This document shows positions 39,101 to 53,763 of a stretch of DNA of 64,000 nt, one piece after another. The translations under genes and the position numbers were made by a program. How positions within the stretch are numbered: position 1 is the stretch's first letter; every line of letters starts with the position of its first letter. This DNA comes from Octopus vulgaris. Taxonomy: Eukaryota. The notes under the pieces are model-generated. The model was not told the DNA's origin. It ran no database searches and worked only from the letters and a program-made list of their open reading frames with translations. Location of the stretch: assembly GCA_951406725.2 (NCBI GenBank), contig OX597815.1, positions 78,368,001 through 78,432,000 of the forward strand, read 5' to 3'.

Positions 39101-41170
39101 GTCGTTTTGCATTTGAACACTTTCTTATTTTACAGCGATAAAGTTCAGCACTGACACATTTATACTAAAGGGATACCAGATAACCACTTATTGTTACTGT
39201 TACCACATTAGAGAATAAAGTAGTATATATATTATTTACGTCTGCGTCTTGTTGTTTCTGACTGGTAGAATTCTGGATTATTAAAGCAACGGATAGTGAT
39301 TGCTTTGTGCACCCCAAAAGTGCACGAGTATATTCACACACACTAAGTTCGTTACACATACATACATACATACATACATATTGTAATGATAATACGTAAC
39401 AACTAGGAAGAAAAATATTAGTTGATATGGCCTTTATTATATAGATACAATGTAAGTTACAACTTCGAGTTGTTGTTATACACAGAATAGTTTTAGTTCT
39501 ATTATCCATTTTGTAGGTAGTTAAGTCCATCGGTGAGTGACAGCTAGAAGACGGATGATAGAAGGTGGTAGAAAGAGTAAAAGAATTTACCTCTCTGAAT
39601 TGACAAGTAAAAAAGGTGAAAGTTGTGTATTCCCGCGGTGACAAGCCATACAGAAAGTGTTCCTTTTGACCAGGGGCTAAGCGAAAAAGAGGTAGAGATA
39701 AATTTGAGTACACGTTGAAAAGCTAGATTTAGGTCGAATAACAATGGAAAGTAAATGAACTTATCTCTGTCGAACCGTATTTAACCCGAGAATGTTCACT
39801 GAAACAGTAGAACTTAACTAAATGTCACAACTGACTCATAAATCTCTTAGTGCAAATGCTGAACACAATAGGAACCTAGGCTAAGGTTAAGAATCTAGGA
39901 AACGATTCGCTACATCATAACTCCCCTTAGTAAGTTTGTCAAAAATTGAAAAAAAAAATATTTAAAAAATCTGAATGAAATGTGTACTATGTGAAAATTG
40001 AACACCGTTCAAAATTGTGAATATCAGGTAAATAGTATACAAGTGGATGTAATGCAAGGTCAGAAAGAACTTAGATATCAGGCGAGAGAATCTGAGGTTA
40101 TGTATAGACAACAGGTGGGTTCGAATAGCATGCAATATCGCTTCTGTGCATAGCTTGCAGTCTAGGCTTCATGTAGTGTCGGTTTTGTGCCTATTAGCTT
40201 CATGCTTACTGGCTTGGGGGCAGCGTTAAGTGAGCGTGCGCGTGGTTCGGTAACGGGTTGTACGAGAAAACGATGCAGTTGCGGGCTTTCATTGAAAGAA
40301 TTTGAGGCTAGAGAGTGCATCCTCAATCCATGATATAATTGGAAATTTCTAGTAGAAGTGTGCATTCCGTGGTAAGTGCCTTAAAAGAAGTGCAGAGGTC
40401 TAGTGTATCTGGCGTTGCGGTCATGTGGAATTACTGCGGGCAAGCAAGGACGACAAAATGCAAGAGACTTGCTGGTATGCTGAGCCAAGTAAACTTTATA
40501 TGTGATGTGACTAAATTGGGGTCATATAGAGGTGAGTGTTGGGTGTTTGGAAGTGAAAGCGCAGAAAGCATGGTCTGTGTTCCATCATTCAAAAAGATAT
40601 CCGACATGTGTTGGGTCGGGAACAGAGAGCTGAGTAGGCACAGACTAGGAAACAAATCAATGAAGACACAAATATTAGGGTGCATGTGTGTAGCTGGGTG
40701 TAGGCATGCATGTATGTATGTAAGAACGTTGTGTTTTGTTTTTGTTTTGTTTGTTATTTTCGTTTTTAAAAAATGTATAGAATAGTGCAGCAAAGATTTA
40801 TCAACCTGCGAAAATTTTACGAGAAACCCATGCAGGAACAGTCTATGATACGTGTACATGAAAGATGTACTATGTAAGCAACCAGAAAGAAAGGAACATC
40901 TCAAAAATATGCATGCACGTGAATTACTCGTACTTGCTAGTGTAGATTCTAAGAGTAGGTCCCGGCGTGATGTAGGCTTGCAAAAGTGCAATCTGGTTGT
41001 TTTGCGAGGTGCGTCGTGATCGGCTGCATTTTTTATCGGACAAAGCGTGTTGTCGCCGATTGGAAGTTAGACTGCGGAATTTATTTGCAGGACTGCATAT
41101 ATTAAGTTGAAAGAGGGTGCATATAGGTTTCTTCTATGGGGGATTGTCTTGCATCCATATATGTATGTAT

Positions 41171-41258
<88 letters not shown>

Positions 41259-41294
41259 GTATGTATTATACACACACATCTGCAGAAATAAAGA

Positions 41295-41325
<31 letters not shown>

Positions 41326-42168
41326 ATGCATGTATGTATATATATATATATATACACACATGAAGAGAGAGAGAGAAAAAGAAAGAAAGAAAAACAAACA
41401 AACAAACAAACAAAGAGCGAGAGTAAGTGACTTCGAAGTCTCGTTAAGTAAGGCTTTTGAAATTATAGTAACACAATGGATATTCGCTGCATTAAAGAGG
41501 TTGGTGTCATGCATGTGATCAAATTTGAGCTCAGCAATGGCACAAATGCACCGCTTGTGAGTAGCACATTTTCATAGAGGAAAACCTACTCTATCAACTT
41601 GAATGATTTGAACGACTTATGACAGTTAATAAAACAGTTATGCCCACTTTTGCATCATTTTCGATACAACCTTCATAATTTGTTTTAATTTATAATCCAA
41701 TATTTTCCCTCTCCCATCCATTTTTTAAATAATTTAATATACATTCTCTTCATCTTGTATTTTATAATGCCATTGTTTCAACATGCACCGATTTCTTCTC
41801 AGTAGCATTCAATTTTATACACATACATATTGATTTGATACAACTATACAAAACATAATGATATTTAAAGATATTTTTTCACATTTATCACTTTGTGTAT
41901 CTAAGCTTAAGATTGTGAGACAATGCTATCAAATATATTCATCTTGTCATTAGCATTTATCTAAACTGAATATATGCATGTCATATATTTATCCCAATGT
42001 GTATCTTAGTAAATCCCAAGATTTTGTTATATATGGGAAGAGTCATACATGATAAAGACTATAAATATACTCACTTGTTGTTTCAAACATTAAAAAATAA
42101 AATGTATGTCCATTGAAAGGCGTGTAGCGGAAAATATTCTTTGGAGACATAAACAAACACCAACTATA

Positions 42169-42254
<86 letters not shown>

Positions 42255-43928
42255 TGAAATATAGACAAACAACAACCGATGCATGTGTTTATAGACTTTG
42301 TAAATTATGACTCTTTCCAAATATAACAAAATTGGTTTCAGCACACGGTTTAGCGAGCAAAGTTCTTGCAAAACAAATCCAAAAGATTTAAAATCTTGGA
42401 AATCATGAAATATAGTTGTGCCAAATTTTCAAATTTACTTGCTCAAACTGTCCTCACTGAAGGGTAGAGGCGGTAGCCTTACCAGAAAGCTTTTGTATTA
42501 TACACGTTCAAACTGTCTACTGATGCCATGGCCTTTACCTGAAGTCCCCAAGTGCGATACACCATCTGTTTGTCATCTAATAATAGGCATGACTCCAGTC
42601 AGCTTTAATCACTGGGTACCGTCTTAGAAGCCTTTGAATAAGGAAGGAACACAATACAAGTTATTCATCGAATTGTATGACATTTTAATTTTCATAAATT
42701 AATTCATGGTTTGTAAATACTTTTTTACATTCTTGGTTTATCTTGAAATTTTCCCCATAGCCAGGAATTAATATATGCTCTCCCTATTGCAACTTGGGCT
42801 CTCTTTGGCTAGATACAATGCTTCGGATTTACATAAAGATATGATATGATGTAAAACTTAATCTTATACCTACAGCATCTTTTGTCTGTTACTGTGCTGA
42901 GGCACTGGCTTGAAGGGTGTGGTGGAAGAAATCGATCTCACTACTTATGCCTGTTATGTTTGCTCCTTCTCAAGCCATGCCTGGCTTATAAGGCCGGTTT
43001 CCCGGTTTCCTTGGCGTGTAGGTTCCCCACCTGGACGGGACGCCGGTCCGTCGCAGGTGAGCTGCAAGATGCAGGAGGAAAGAGTGAGAGAAAGTTGTGG
43101 CAAAAGAGTCACCAGAAGTTCGCCATTACCTTCTGTTGGAGCCGCGTGGAGCTTAGGTGTTTCGCTCATAAACGCACACATCGCCCGGTCTGAGATTCGA
43201 ACCCACGTTGCTACAGCGGCTTTTACTGCTGTTGCTACTGTCACTGTCAATGTTATCTATATTTGGCGAGAAAATTGCTATCACTCTATGATCGACAAGC
43301 ATTTATCGTAATTTTGTGGGACAACTTTCACCTTTTAATTGGCGGGAAAACTTCCAAGCTTGTTCGTGTAACATGTTGTAAGTTTCTTTTACATATCAAC
43401 AAAGTCTGGCTGAAGATAAAGTAAGCAAAGAACCAGATAGTTGAAGGAACCTTTAGTCTAAGGGAGTTGGGTGTCCCCTTATAAAAAATCATAGGCGCCG
43501 GTATTACTACTTCACAGCTATGTGGTTTTAGATTCAGTCCCATTGTGAGGCACATTGGGCAAATAACTTCTACTACATCCCCACGTTGACCAAAGCCTTG
43601 TAATATTTCTTTATTTCGTTGCAGTGAATTTGGTAGATGAGGTTTATGTGGTTTGTGTGTGCGCGCGCGCGCGCGTGTGTGTGTGTGCGTATGCCTTTGT
43701 GTTTGTCCACATACTGCTTCTTAAAAAGAATAATACTAGAACTGATTTTCCCTTGAAGGCAGTGACCCGCTATAGCCACAGTTCAATGAGTGAATCAAAT
43801 AAAAGAATAGAAGAATTAACATTAAAAAAAATGAACATCGAAACACCCCATTTCTCCTGTTGCCAACCATGAAACACTTAGAGCAGCTGAATAGCTTAAA
43901 ATGAATTATTACTAAAATGAAGGAGAAC

Positions 43929-44031
<103 letters not shown>

Positions 44032-45176
44032 ATATATATAGTTTCCCGATTATCTCAATGTAACACCCAAATATTTATCAACGATATTCCTGTCATCTTC
44101 ATAAATGTTGATGTAATGTTAAGTCCTAAATCTTGGTTCAATATTTCCTGCAAGAAACACTTGAACTTTGATCATAAGTACAAAACAAATACATCGACTA
44201 TTTTATGTCCCTGTATCGAAAGGTCTGGACGACTGGGCTGTTTGCTATGTGTTAAGCTTTCTAAAAAGGTAAACCTTTCATTCGTACAAACACCATCACT
44301 ATGAAAGGGGTCTTCTATCGCAGAAATGACCCAGGATTATTCTGCAATCATAACAGAAACAACTACAAAAACAACAATAGCGAGAAATCTACCCAGTGGC
44401 GTAGCTAGGGGGTGTGCTATCCAGGGTAGCCCTTGAGTTTGCCGTCCTCTGTACAGATTAATACATCACACCCAAAAAGTGCTGCCCCCATAAAGGCATT
44501 GCCCAGAACGGACCGCCCACATTGACCCCATCCTCAGGTATGCTTCTGCATCTACCTAATATCATGTTTTCACCCGAGGACCATACTGTACAATCTGATA
44601 TGCAATTCTTATTACTAAATGAAAAATCACCTACAGAAACCCACTCGCATATACAACACCCTTACTACAACAACACCCTAGAGATACTATTTCTCCTACT
44701 CGGCACTGACAAACATAAAAAGGAACACACACACACACACATACACACACATACACACACACACACACACATATATATATATTTGTAACATCCATAGCCT
44801 CACCAGCCCTAACAACTGTACCGTGATGTAACACGACCGATAATAAGTGCGAGGAATAACTGTCGTACTCTGTCTGAATCTACTAACCTCTCTCCGCTGC
44901 GGTCGCAAGAATCTATGGGAGTACAGAAATAAGCTGGACATTGGAGAGATTGTAACATATCCACACTGTCACACTAATTCCATATGATCTATAACTGCTG
45001 GTTCTGCGCTGTTGTAACTGTGCAGCTATAAACTATCCAAAGCTACACGGTGTTCTTAAAAGTAACATCGATTAACGGCAACTTCTCTTGAAAATTAAGG
45101 CCTACTTTATTACATTCGACTTTCTTCTGGTTGTAAAGACGAGACGAGCCTTACTAAAGGCATAGATTGTCTAGAC

Positions 45177-45526
45177 CAGTGGCTCTCAACCAGGGTCCTT
45201 GGGGGTTCATTATCAGATTTTGTTGATAAAATTAATGTGCAATAAACTGGTTATATTTCTACAATACACAACACATTTTAACAAATTTTTAGATACAATT
45301 CCTAATAATCTTTCATTCTCTGCTCTTTTACTTGTTTCAGTCATTTGACTGTGGCCATGCTGGAGTACCACCTTTAGTCGAGCAAATTGATCCCAGGACT
45401 TATTCTTTGTAAGCCTAGTACTTATTCTATCGCTCTCTTTTGCCGAACCGCTAAGTTACTGGGACGTAAACACACCAGCATCGGTTGTCAAGCGATGTTG
45501 GGGGGACAAACACAGACACACACACA

Positions 45527-45571
<45 letters not shown>

Positions 45572-45672
45572 GACAGGCTTCTTTCAGTTTTCGTCTACCA
45601 AATCCACTCACAAGGCTTTGGTCGGCCCAAGGCAAGTAGGGTCTATAGGTAAAATATGGTTGAGGACTACTG
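45177..45672. mobile_element. hAT/Charlie-like MITE carrying a nested CORE-type SINE
   Basis: TIRs CAGTGGCTCTCAACC / GGTTGAGGACTACTG; left target GTCTAGAC (Charlie-type), right GTTTACAA (decayed TSD); SINE at ~45320-45632. Confidence 0.65.
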
Positions 45673-46395
45673 GTTTACAAGAATATTTATGGAGGTGGAA
45701 CAAAAGATTGCTGCAAGAAATCGCCATTGCAAACAGAAAACATTTCCAAGGAAAGGTGCTAGCCATCGATCTCATATACATGCGTGAAATTCATTTGAAA
45801 TGCTGATGTCAATGTCAGCGATTATAGCGTATTTGAAAAACTGTTTAAACAATTTAGAAACATCCAAAGTTGGTAAAGAAATTCATAAAACCTTCACTTT
45901 ACATCGTTCATTTTTTTTTTATGGCATATAAAACGCACGTTCTCTCTGCACCACCAACAAATGTCTCAAAAATTCATTTCGGGTTCTTTATGCGAAATTA
46001 GGCAATGCTCTAAAATCTTTTTCTCCTGAATATGCGCTGCTGAAACTGAGGTGCGTCTTTTATGCCATCAAATACGGTACTTTGCACAAGAAAAATACTT
46101 TCATTTTGCTGAAGTCCTGACGCTGCTGGATCAGTGGATCGAGGCCGCCTAAGTTCGATCAGTGTGTCATATATCTGTTGAATAAAGATTGACAGAGATC
46201 ATTAACATTAACAATTAATCGTTTAAAACTGATACAAAATGTTTCTATCAGTGAGTTAACGGTTAAGACAAACTGAAATACTTCCGGGTTGAATGCAATA
46301 ACAAAATGAAACCTAAAAACAATAACACCACACTTTATTCAACCTTCTTTTTCTGAGCTTGCTAGTTTATACTGCTTCCTCCCCCAACAACTCTT

Positions 46396-46426
<31 letters not shown>

Positions 46427-47109
46427 TTTTTTTTTTTTTGTACGAGACGAAGAATTTCTCATGCATTGAGTCTGGTGTATAGAACTTGACACGTTTCTAT
46501 CACCACTTAGTTACATTTGATAGTTTGTTTTTCGTACATATAAAGGGGTGGAGTCGACTATCCACACCCGACCTAATTCTTTCAATTATGGCGATAAGTA
46601 CATCGGTAGGTGGGTTGCTTTACAACATAATCCACCCAGGGTATTTCTCTATGGCCGGCTGACCTTTGAGGAAAAAACAAAAAAACCCAACTAAATCGCA
46701 CACAACTTACTCCCAACTGCCTTGGAAAAGAAAGGATATATTTGGATAATGTAGTCTTATGATAATTTCACGAGTGGACAGTTTTTGTTCATTATTCTAC
46801 TCAATGAGGACCGATTTGGGACTAAACAACATGGTATAGGTTAAAAGAAAGCCCTAGCTAAGGTTTACCTATCAAAAATCTGCTATATTCCACATGTAGA
46901 TATATTTACATATAAAGGTGTTAGGTTAGTTAAAATAAAATAAAGAAGTTTGGCAATTAATAGAGAAGACAAAATATTTAACTGCTTCGTTATCCACAGG
47001 AGGATTTTTTGATGGAATTTGGAGATGTTTTTAATAGATAATAATTGTGAGCCAATTTACCAGCAATCTGGTACAATTATACATCCATGGTTTCTCATGT
47101 TGTCTCTAC

Positions 47110-47865
47110 AGCCACCTCACACTTCCTTCACCACTGCTGCATAATCTACCACATCATACTACAACGATACCTGTATACCATCCATACCTCAACCCTCACA
47201 ATCATTATTACTTCGCCACCACAACAGCGATCAACAACATCATCTTCTTCACCATCACCATCACCACCTCGACCTCATTACTGCTACCGCCCACTGCCAC
47301 CATCGGTATCATCATCCACTTCATCACCTTCGTTAACGCCACCATCATCACCACTACCATCATCAATATCACCACTACCTTCATTTGCATCATTACCGCC
47401 TCCGCCATTGCCACCACAGTCCTCACCACCTACTTTCATAGGCATCATCACTGCCTCCACCGTTTCCACTACTACTACCACCACCACCACCATCACCACT
47501 ACCACCATCACCACCACCTACAATAGCACCATCACCACATCACTTTTACTAACAGTACCTCCATGACCACTATCACTATCTCCACCATCACCATCATCGC
47601 CGCTATCACCATCACCACCATCGCCATCTCCAACCGAACCAACACCACCACCACCACCACCATCATCATTAATACAATCACATCACTACTACTACTACCA
47701 TCATCAGTAGTATCATCACTTCGACTTCCTTCGTTAAGACCACCATCACCATAACATCATTACCACCACCACCACCACCACCATATCGTCACTACCACCA
47801 TCAGCATCATCATATTATGACCGCTACCGGCACCACACCTGCCCCACCGCCACCACTACCAGCTC
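47110..47865. repeat. Degenerate (CAC/CAT/ACT)n low-complexity tract
   Basis: Read directly; source of the His/Thr/Pro-rich pseudo-ORFs. Confidence 0.9.
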
Positions 47866-48022
47866 ATTATTTGATCATTTCGTTAAGTGACTCGAAATAG
47901 AATGGTTATTAATAGGTATTATGTTTCTTGTTGCGCTCTTGATGGTAAAAATATCACTGAAGAATATAAGAGATTCGTAGCAGAGTATGCTTAGTAGGTG
48001 TTGTGTGTGAGAAAGTATGAAT

Positions 48023-48075
<53 letters not shown>

Positions 48076-48218
48076 GGGGAGGACTGTATATGTGTCAGTA
48101 AAAGAGAAAATGCCAAGTGCTTCTGAAAGGACAAAGTTTGAACTAAGTCTATGATTTTATATATATGTACGTATGCATGCATATATGTATTTACACACGC
48201 ACACACACACATACACAT

Positions 48219-48278
<60 letters not shown>

Positions 48279-48301
48279 GATTGAATATGTAAATGAGTAT
48301 G

Positions 48302-48358
<57 letters not shown>

Positions 48359-49043
48359 GGATGGATAGATGCATTCAAACACATTCTTAAATATCTATGT
48401 ATGTATACGTCTGTATATATATATATATATATATATATCACACACACACATACATACACGCACAAATGCAGGCATACCATACATACGTCCATATATACAT
48501 ATATAAATGTGTGTACTATGTGCAATATGAAAATGCACCTGGGTGCCCTTTTCTACATATCTACATGAATGTGCACGTGTGAACAAATGCTAGTAATAAA
48601 TAAAAGATTTTGTTGTGTCTCAAAACTATTTTTTTTAATGTTCTGCTATAATTCCCGTCTTTTCGCGTCGTAAGTCTTCGTTCCTTTTCGTTCTTCGTTC
48701 TTTCGATAGTGCTGCCGTCTATTTGTTAACTAAGAAACTTGTAGTTATCTATCCTTGTTAAGAACGCACTAGGAAGCTGGCGCAACCAAATATGGCGATC
48801 GGGCGTGTTCGGTACTCCCAGACCAAACAGAGAGGAATTCGGCTATCGAGATGTAATTTTTCCAAGAAACTGTTTGAAAATAAACGTGATGATGTGTAAG
48901 TGAAAGCCACCGTATAAGGAGTGGCGGAGTTTGCCTTAAAAACAAACTAACAAATAAAAGCATAACAAGCACCGTTCTGATCGTGAAACCATAAAATATA
49001 GCCAAAATGTATACGACAAGGCATACACATACACCTACGTGTG

Positions 49044-49119
<76 letters not shown>

Positions 49120-49625
49120 GTATGTATATATACATATGTATGTATGTTATGTATGATGTATGCATGTTATGTATGTAGTATAAATCATATGTATAGATAT
49201 GCATATATATATATATATACACATGCACTGATATATGCATATTTCAATTCTTTTACCTATCATTTACCTTTTGCTTTTTATTTGTTTCACATCACTGGAC
49301 TACGGCCATACTGGGGCACCACCTCAAATGGTTTAGTCGAACAATTCAACCCCAGCACTTATTTTTTAAAGTTTTGTACTTATTCTATCGATCTTCTTTT
49401 GTCAGACCGCTAAGTTAAGGGGACGTAAACAGACCAACACCAGATGTCAATAGTAGGGGCGGGGTGTACAAACACAAACGTAGAGATATATGCATATGTG
49501 CATGTATATGTGCGCATTTGTCAATAGCTACATAAACACAGACCTTCAAACTGTAACTAGTTTCATAAGTGCCAACACACGAAACTCTCGGACCTTGAGT
49601 CACTCTGTTACTTCTGCTAAATATA

Positions 49626-50101
49626 CAGTGATACCTCGCAGTACGACTTAATTGGTTCCATGGCCGAGCTCGTTTTACGATTTACTCGTTTTACGATTTA
49701 CTCGTTTTACGATTTACTCGTTTTACGATTTACTCGTTTTACGATTTACTCGTTTTACGATTTACTCGTTATACAAATCAATTTTCCCCATTGAGATTAA
49801 GTAAAACAAAATTAATCCGTTCCAGCACCCCAAATAACACTCAAAAATAATTTTTTTATGGGTTTTTAAACAGAAAAGGTGTAGTTACAAGTAAAATGAC
49901 GATTATAAAAAAAAGAGAATGCAAAAGAAATATGTAAATTGGTTTTATTAACTGAATTACCTTAGAGATGGGACAATTAGTGTGCTCGTACTGCGGATCT
50001 CCGCTCGTACTTCAAGACAAATATTCGCACAAGTCTCGGCTTGTACAGCAAATTACTCGTACAGTTGTGCACTGGTATAATGGTACTGCGAGGTTCTACT
50101 G
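49626..50101. mobile_element. pogo/Tigger-like MITE with TA TSD
   Basis: TA|CAGTGATACCTCGCAGTAC ... GTACTGCGAGGTTCTACTG|TA. Confidence 0.8.
49669..49770. repeat. 16-bp minisatellite (CTCGTTTTACGATTTA), 6 perfect copies plus a partial
   Basis: Units start at 49669, 49685, 49701, 49717, 49733, 49749; partial at 49765. Confidence 0.95.
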
Positions 50102-50111
50102 TATAATAATA

Positions 50112-50173
<62 letters not shown>

Positions 50174-50219
50174 AATAATAATAATGATAATAATAATAAT
50201 AATAATAATAATACATATA

Positions 50220-50318
<99 letters not shown>

Positions 50319-50520
50319 AGATAAGAAAATGGATAAATACATCTAAATCAAATATCAATTACCAGATAATACTCAATCACATACTTTATTAAACCAGTAC
50401 GCTCTTGCGTCTCATGTTTGATCTTTGACTTCTGGCCGAAATCAGATCGCCATGTTGATTCGCTAGCTTCTGCACGCATATTTTTTTTCTCTCCTTCTTT
50501 CTGTGTTTTTTCTCTGTGTA

Positions 50521-50558
50521 TCTTTCTGTTGAAGAGCGTAAGCTCGAAACGTTAAAGA
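50521..50558 (+). ncRNA. Minimal type I hammerhead-ribozyme-like motif (Penelope-type), core variant
   Basis: TCTT-T-CTGTTGA-A-GAGC(GTAA)GCTC-GAAA-CGT-TA-AAGA; palindromic stem III AACGTT; core reads CTGTTGA rather than CTGANGA. Confidence 0.5.
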
Positions 50559-50687
50559 CTTGTTTTAATTATATTTCCTGAGCGCAATACTAATACAATT
50601 GTTTGTTTGTATTCCACCTGCCTTCGTCTTTTGTTTATTTCCGTAAACCTGCCTTCGTCTTTTGTCTATTTTCATATAAGCTTCCCG

Positions 50688-50725
<38 letters not shown>

Positions 50726-51753
50726 TTCTGTGTGTGGATGGTATAAATGACTACATCTTAACACCATTTTCTTCCCTATTTGATTTCTGCGAAAAAAATA
50801 AATGGAGAAAATTTTTCAAAGATATAATTCAAAACTATAGTTCTAAGAATACACTGTATCTCACGTAGTCGTCTTCACAAGCTGTCGAGGCAGTCCCCCA
50901 AAATATTTACGTACAGGTTGTTGATGTCGGTATTTATGCAAATTACATGATGATGCGCGCCAGAAGGGGTAGTTTGTTATTTAGAGACAAGCTAGCAATG
51001 AGCAGACAGACCAGAGCGTTCTAACCATTACCATCTTGTCACTTAAATTCAGACAGCCTTTGGATGACTGAGTATATTATCCACCGTATTTTGTTTCCTA
51101 CTTTTTAAGCTTTGGTTGCTATTTCTAGCGAGTCATGCAAAAATGTTGGGGCTCGCTCGTTGTAAATGGAGTAACAAAAAAATAATCTTCAGTCCCGATA
51201 AATTTGTCTTTTCGCGTGTTGGCACTTATCAAACTAGTTACAGTTTGAAGGTCTGTGTTTATATAGCTATTGACAAATGCGCACATATGCATGCACATAT
51301 GTTTTCAAAATAGAGTTTTGGCATTCATATGTCCTCCAATGATAGGAGGACATTGTATTTGTGAAGAAGTTTTTCAATTTATTTAGTGAAACCTTAGAAT
51401 TTACTTCCGTTCTCTGTTTAATAATCGTTCGACCACAATGTTTTTGTTAATCGAAGTCCTGTGGTATTCATTTATTTCGTTTATAATGAATAAAATGATT
51501 TAAAATTGGAAACTATAGCTGATTTGGAAAGCTAAAAACAAATGATAAAGGAAATAAACTTATAAATTTTTCACTCTCTAAAAGGATACCCAGAAAATTA
51601 TTCTAAAGCATAAAATTTAAGCTGAGCGTTACTCTAGGGTTTCTCCGATGTCCAGACGGTTCATCAGAAGGAATAAATTATTATACCCATACATACATAC
51701 ATACATACATACATACATACATACATACATACATACATACATACATACATACA

Positions 51754-51785
<32 letters not shown>

Positions 51786-52462
51786 GCACTCTTCCTTTCT
51801 GAAAAAGGACACACTGGTCTTAGATAGTTTTGTATTGGTTCAGTCTGACGGAATTTAATGTGCCCGTGGTTTTCGCAGACACTCCAACATACTAATATTG
51901 ATGCGGCTAATATCCCTTTTTACAAACTTATAAGAAGATATTATCAGGTAAAAAAAAAAACAAAAAAACGCACACATACGGAACGATAAGACGAATTTAC
52001 TAAGGGTCAACTTTCCGGGAAGGAAAAACTGAGTGTGTTGTCAGTACGAGACCTGGATGAAAAACACGATGTAGTTGACAAGAACATAAAGAGCAAATAC
52101 CGCTAGGCACCTAATCCGATGATCTTAGTTTCACGAATCCACAGCGCTAGATTAGTTGTCTTCTTTTTTATCAGGCCCGAAACGATGTCAAGCAAGTACA
52201 TCTCGGTAGAATTTGAGCTCAGGACACAAATCGGAGTAAATACTGCGAGGAATTCTATTCGACGCTCTAATGGCTCGGCTAATTCACCGCGTAACTAACT
52301 GATGCACACGGAGATGGCCATAACAGGAATGTCTTTATTCATAGGTATCTCTGATTACGGATAACCTGGGACGTAAACACCAATTGTGAAGTAGTGATGG
52401 GGGACAAACACGCACACACGCACCCACACACACACACACATACACAAACACACACGCACGCA

Positions 52463-52524
<62 letters not shown>

Positions 52525-52835
52525 TACACACATATTTACTTCAGGCTTCTTCAGTTTCCTTCTACCAAATTCACTCACGAGGCTTTAATCGGCTCGAGGC
52601 TAAAGTAGAAGGCACTTGCCCAAAGTTACACGCAGTGAGAGTGAACCCAGAACCATGTGGTTGGGAAGCAAGCCTCTGCCTATATCGATCCTAATGCTTA
52701 GTCTGATATTTATCATATCAACCTATATTCATAGAACGGTAGATTACACAGTGAGTTACGTCGCTTTTGGAAAACTGCTTCCCGTGGATGATTTAACTTA
52801 CTTGAAATGTATTTGTACCAATTTACACAATCACG

Positions 52836-53103
52836 GGATCTTTTCATTTTGAAGGCCAGATTTTCCTAGTTAACTAAACAATTTGAAACTTCGTATACTG
52901 GTAGAATGTGTCAAAAGAAAACATTATTGTAAACAAAATTGAAAACAAAATTGTAATTCGTAACTTAAACGTAGTTTAATTTTAAGAATTTTAACCAATG
53001 AAATCCCAACATCTTCGAATTTTAACCAATGAAATCCCAGCATTGCTGCGTTATCGATATTGATAAAGAAATATAGCAGACGCACAACACACACACACAC
53101 ACA

Positions 53104-53159
<56 letters not shown>

Positions 53160-53763
53160 CACATGCATATACATTTGCACAAGCACATAGTAATTAATAT
53201 ATAAGCGTACACACACATACAAACGGACATATACATACACACACCTACGCCCACTACCATACATCCCACGTTCGTGTTTTGCCACTTGCCGCAACAAATT
53301 TGCACAAACGGTAAATAAACCAGGGGGGGGGGAGTCAATGTTTCATCGTTTCGGGGTCGATAAATTAAGTACCAATTACGCACTGGTGTCGAGGATTTTT
53401 TTCCCAATTTATATCACAGCTTCCGACAAGCTGGGGGCATCCTTTTATGAAAAAATATTTCGCAAATTTTTACAATACTACTCACACTCCACGCGCAAAC
53501 TCGAGACCGATTTAGGCATATTATTGTTTTGTTTTTGTTGTTTCTGGCCCTTCAAAACCATGGGAGAAGCCTTTTCGGTAAAAAAAAAATAAAGAAAATA
53601 TTCAAAAAGTATCGTTAATATTTTTATTGGGCGACGAAATTAATCGATTTAAGAGATATAGCTGTTATTTCTAGCACATGTAGAAGACAGAAGAAGAGGT
53701 AAATAATTTGAGCTCGAATTGTTTAGTTAACTAGGAAAATCTGGCCTTCAAATGAAAAGATCC
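52836..53763. mobile_element. Second GGATC-terminated MITE (same family as 3809-4447) with replaced interior
   Basis: TIRs GGATCTTTTCATTTTGAAGGCCAGATTTTCCTAGTTAACTAAACAAT and its near-perfect inverse; TSD CAATCACG at 52828-52835 and 53764-53771. Confidence 0.85.

Noticed and set aside
40339-40991. Overlapping 148-aa and 186-aa ORFs in unique sequence
   Set aside because: Non-ATG starts, no recognisable domain, and they run through simple repeats.
49669-49770. Regular short repeats resembling a CRISPR array
   Set aside because: No spacers, no cas genes, eukaryotic context; it is a tandem expansion inside a MITE.
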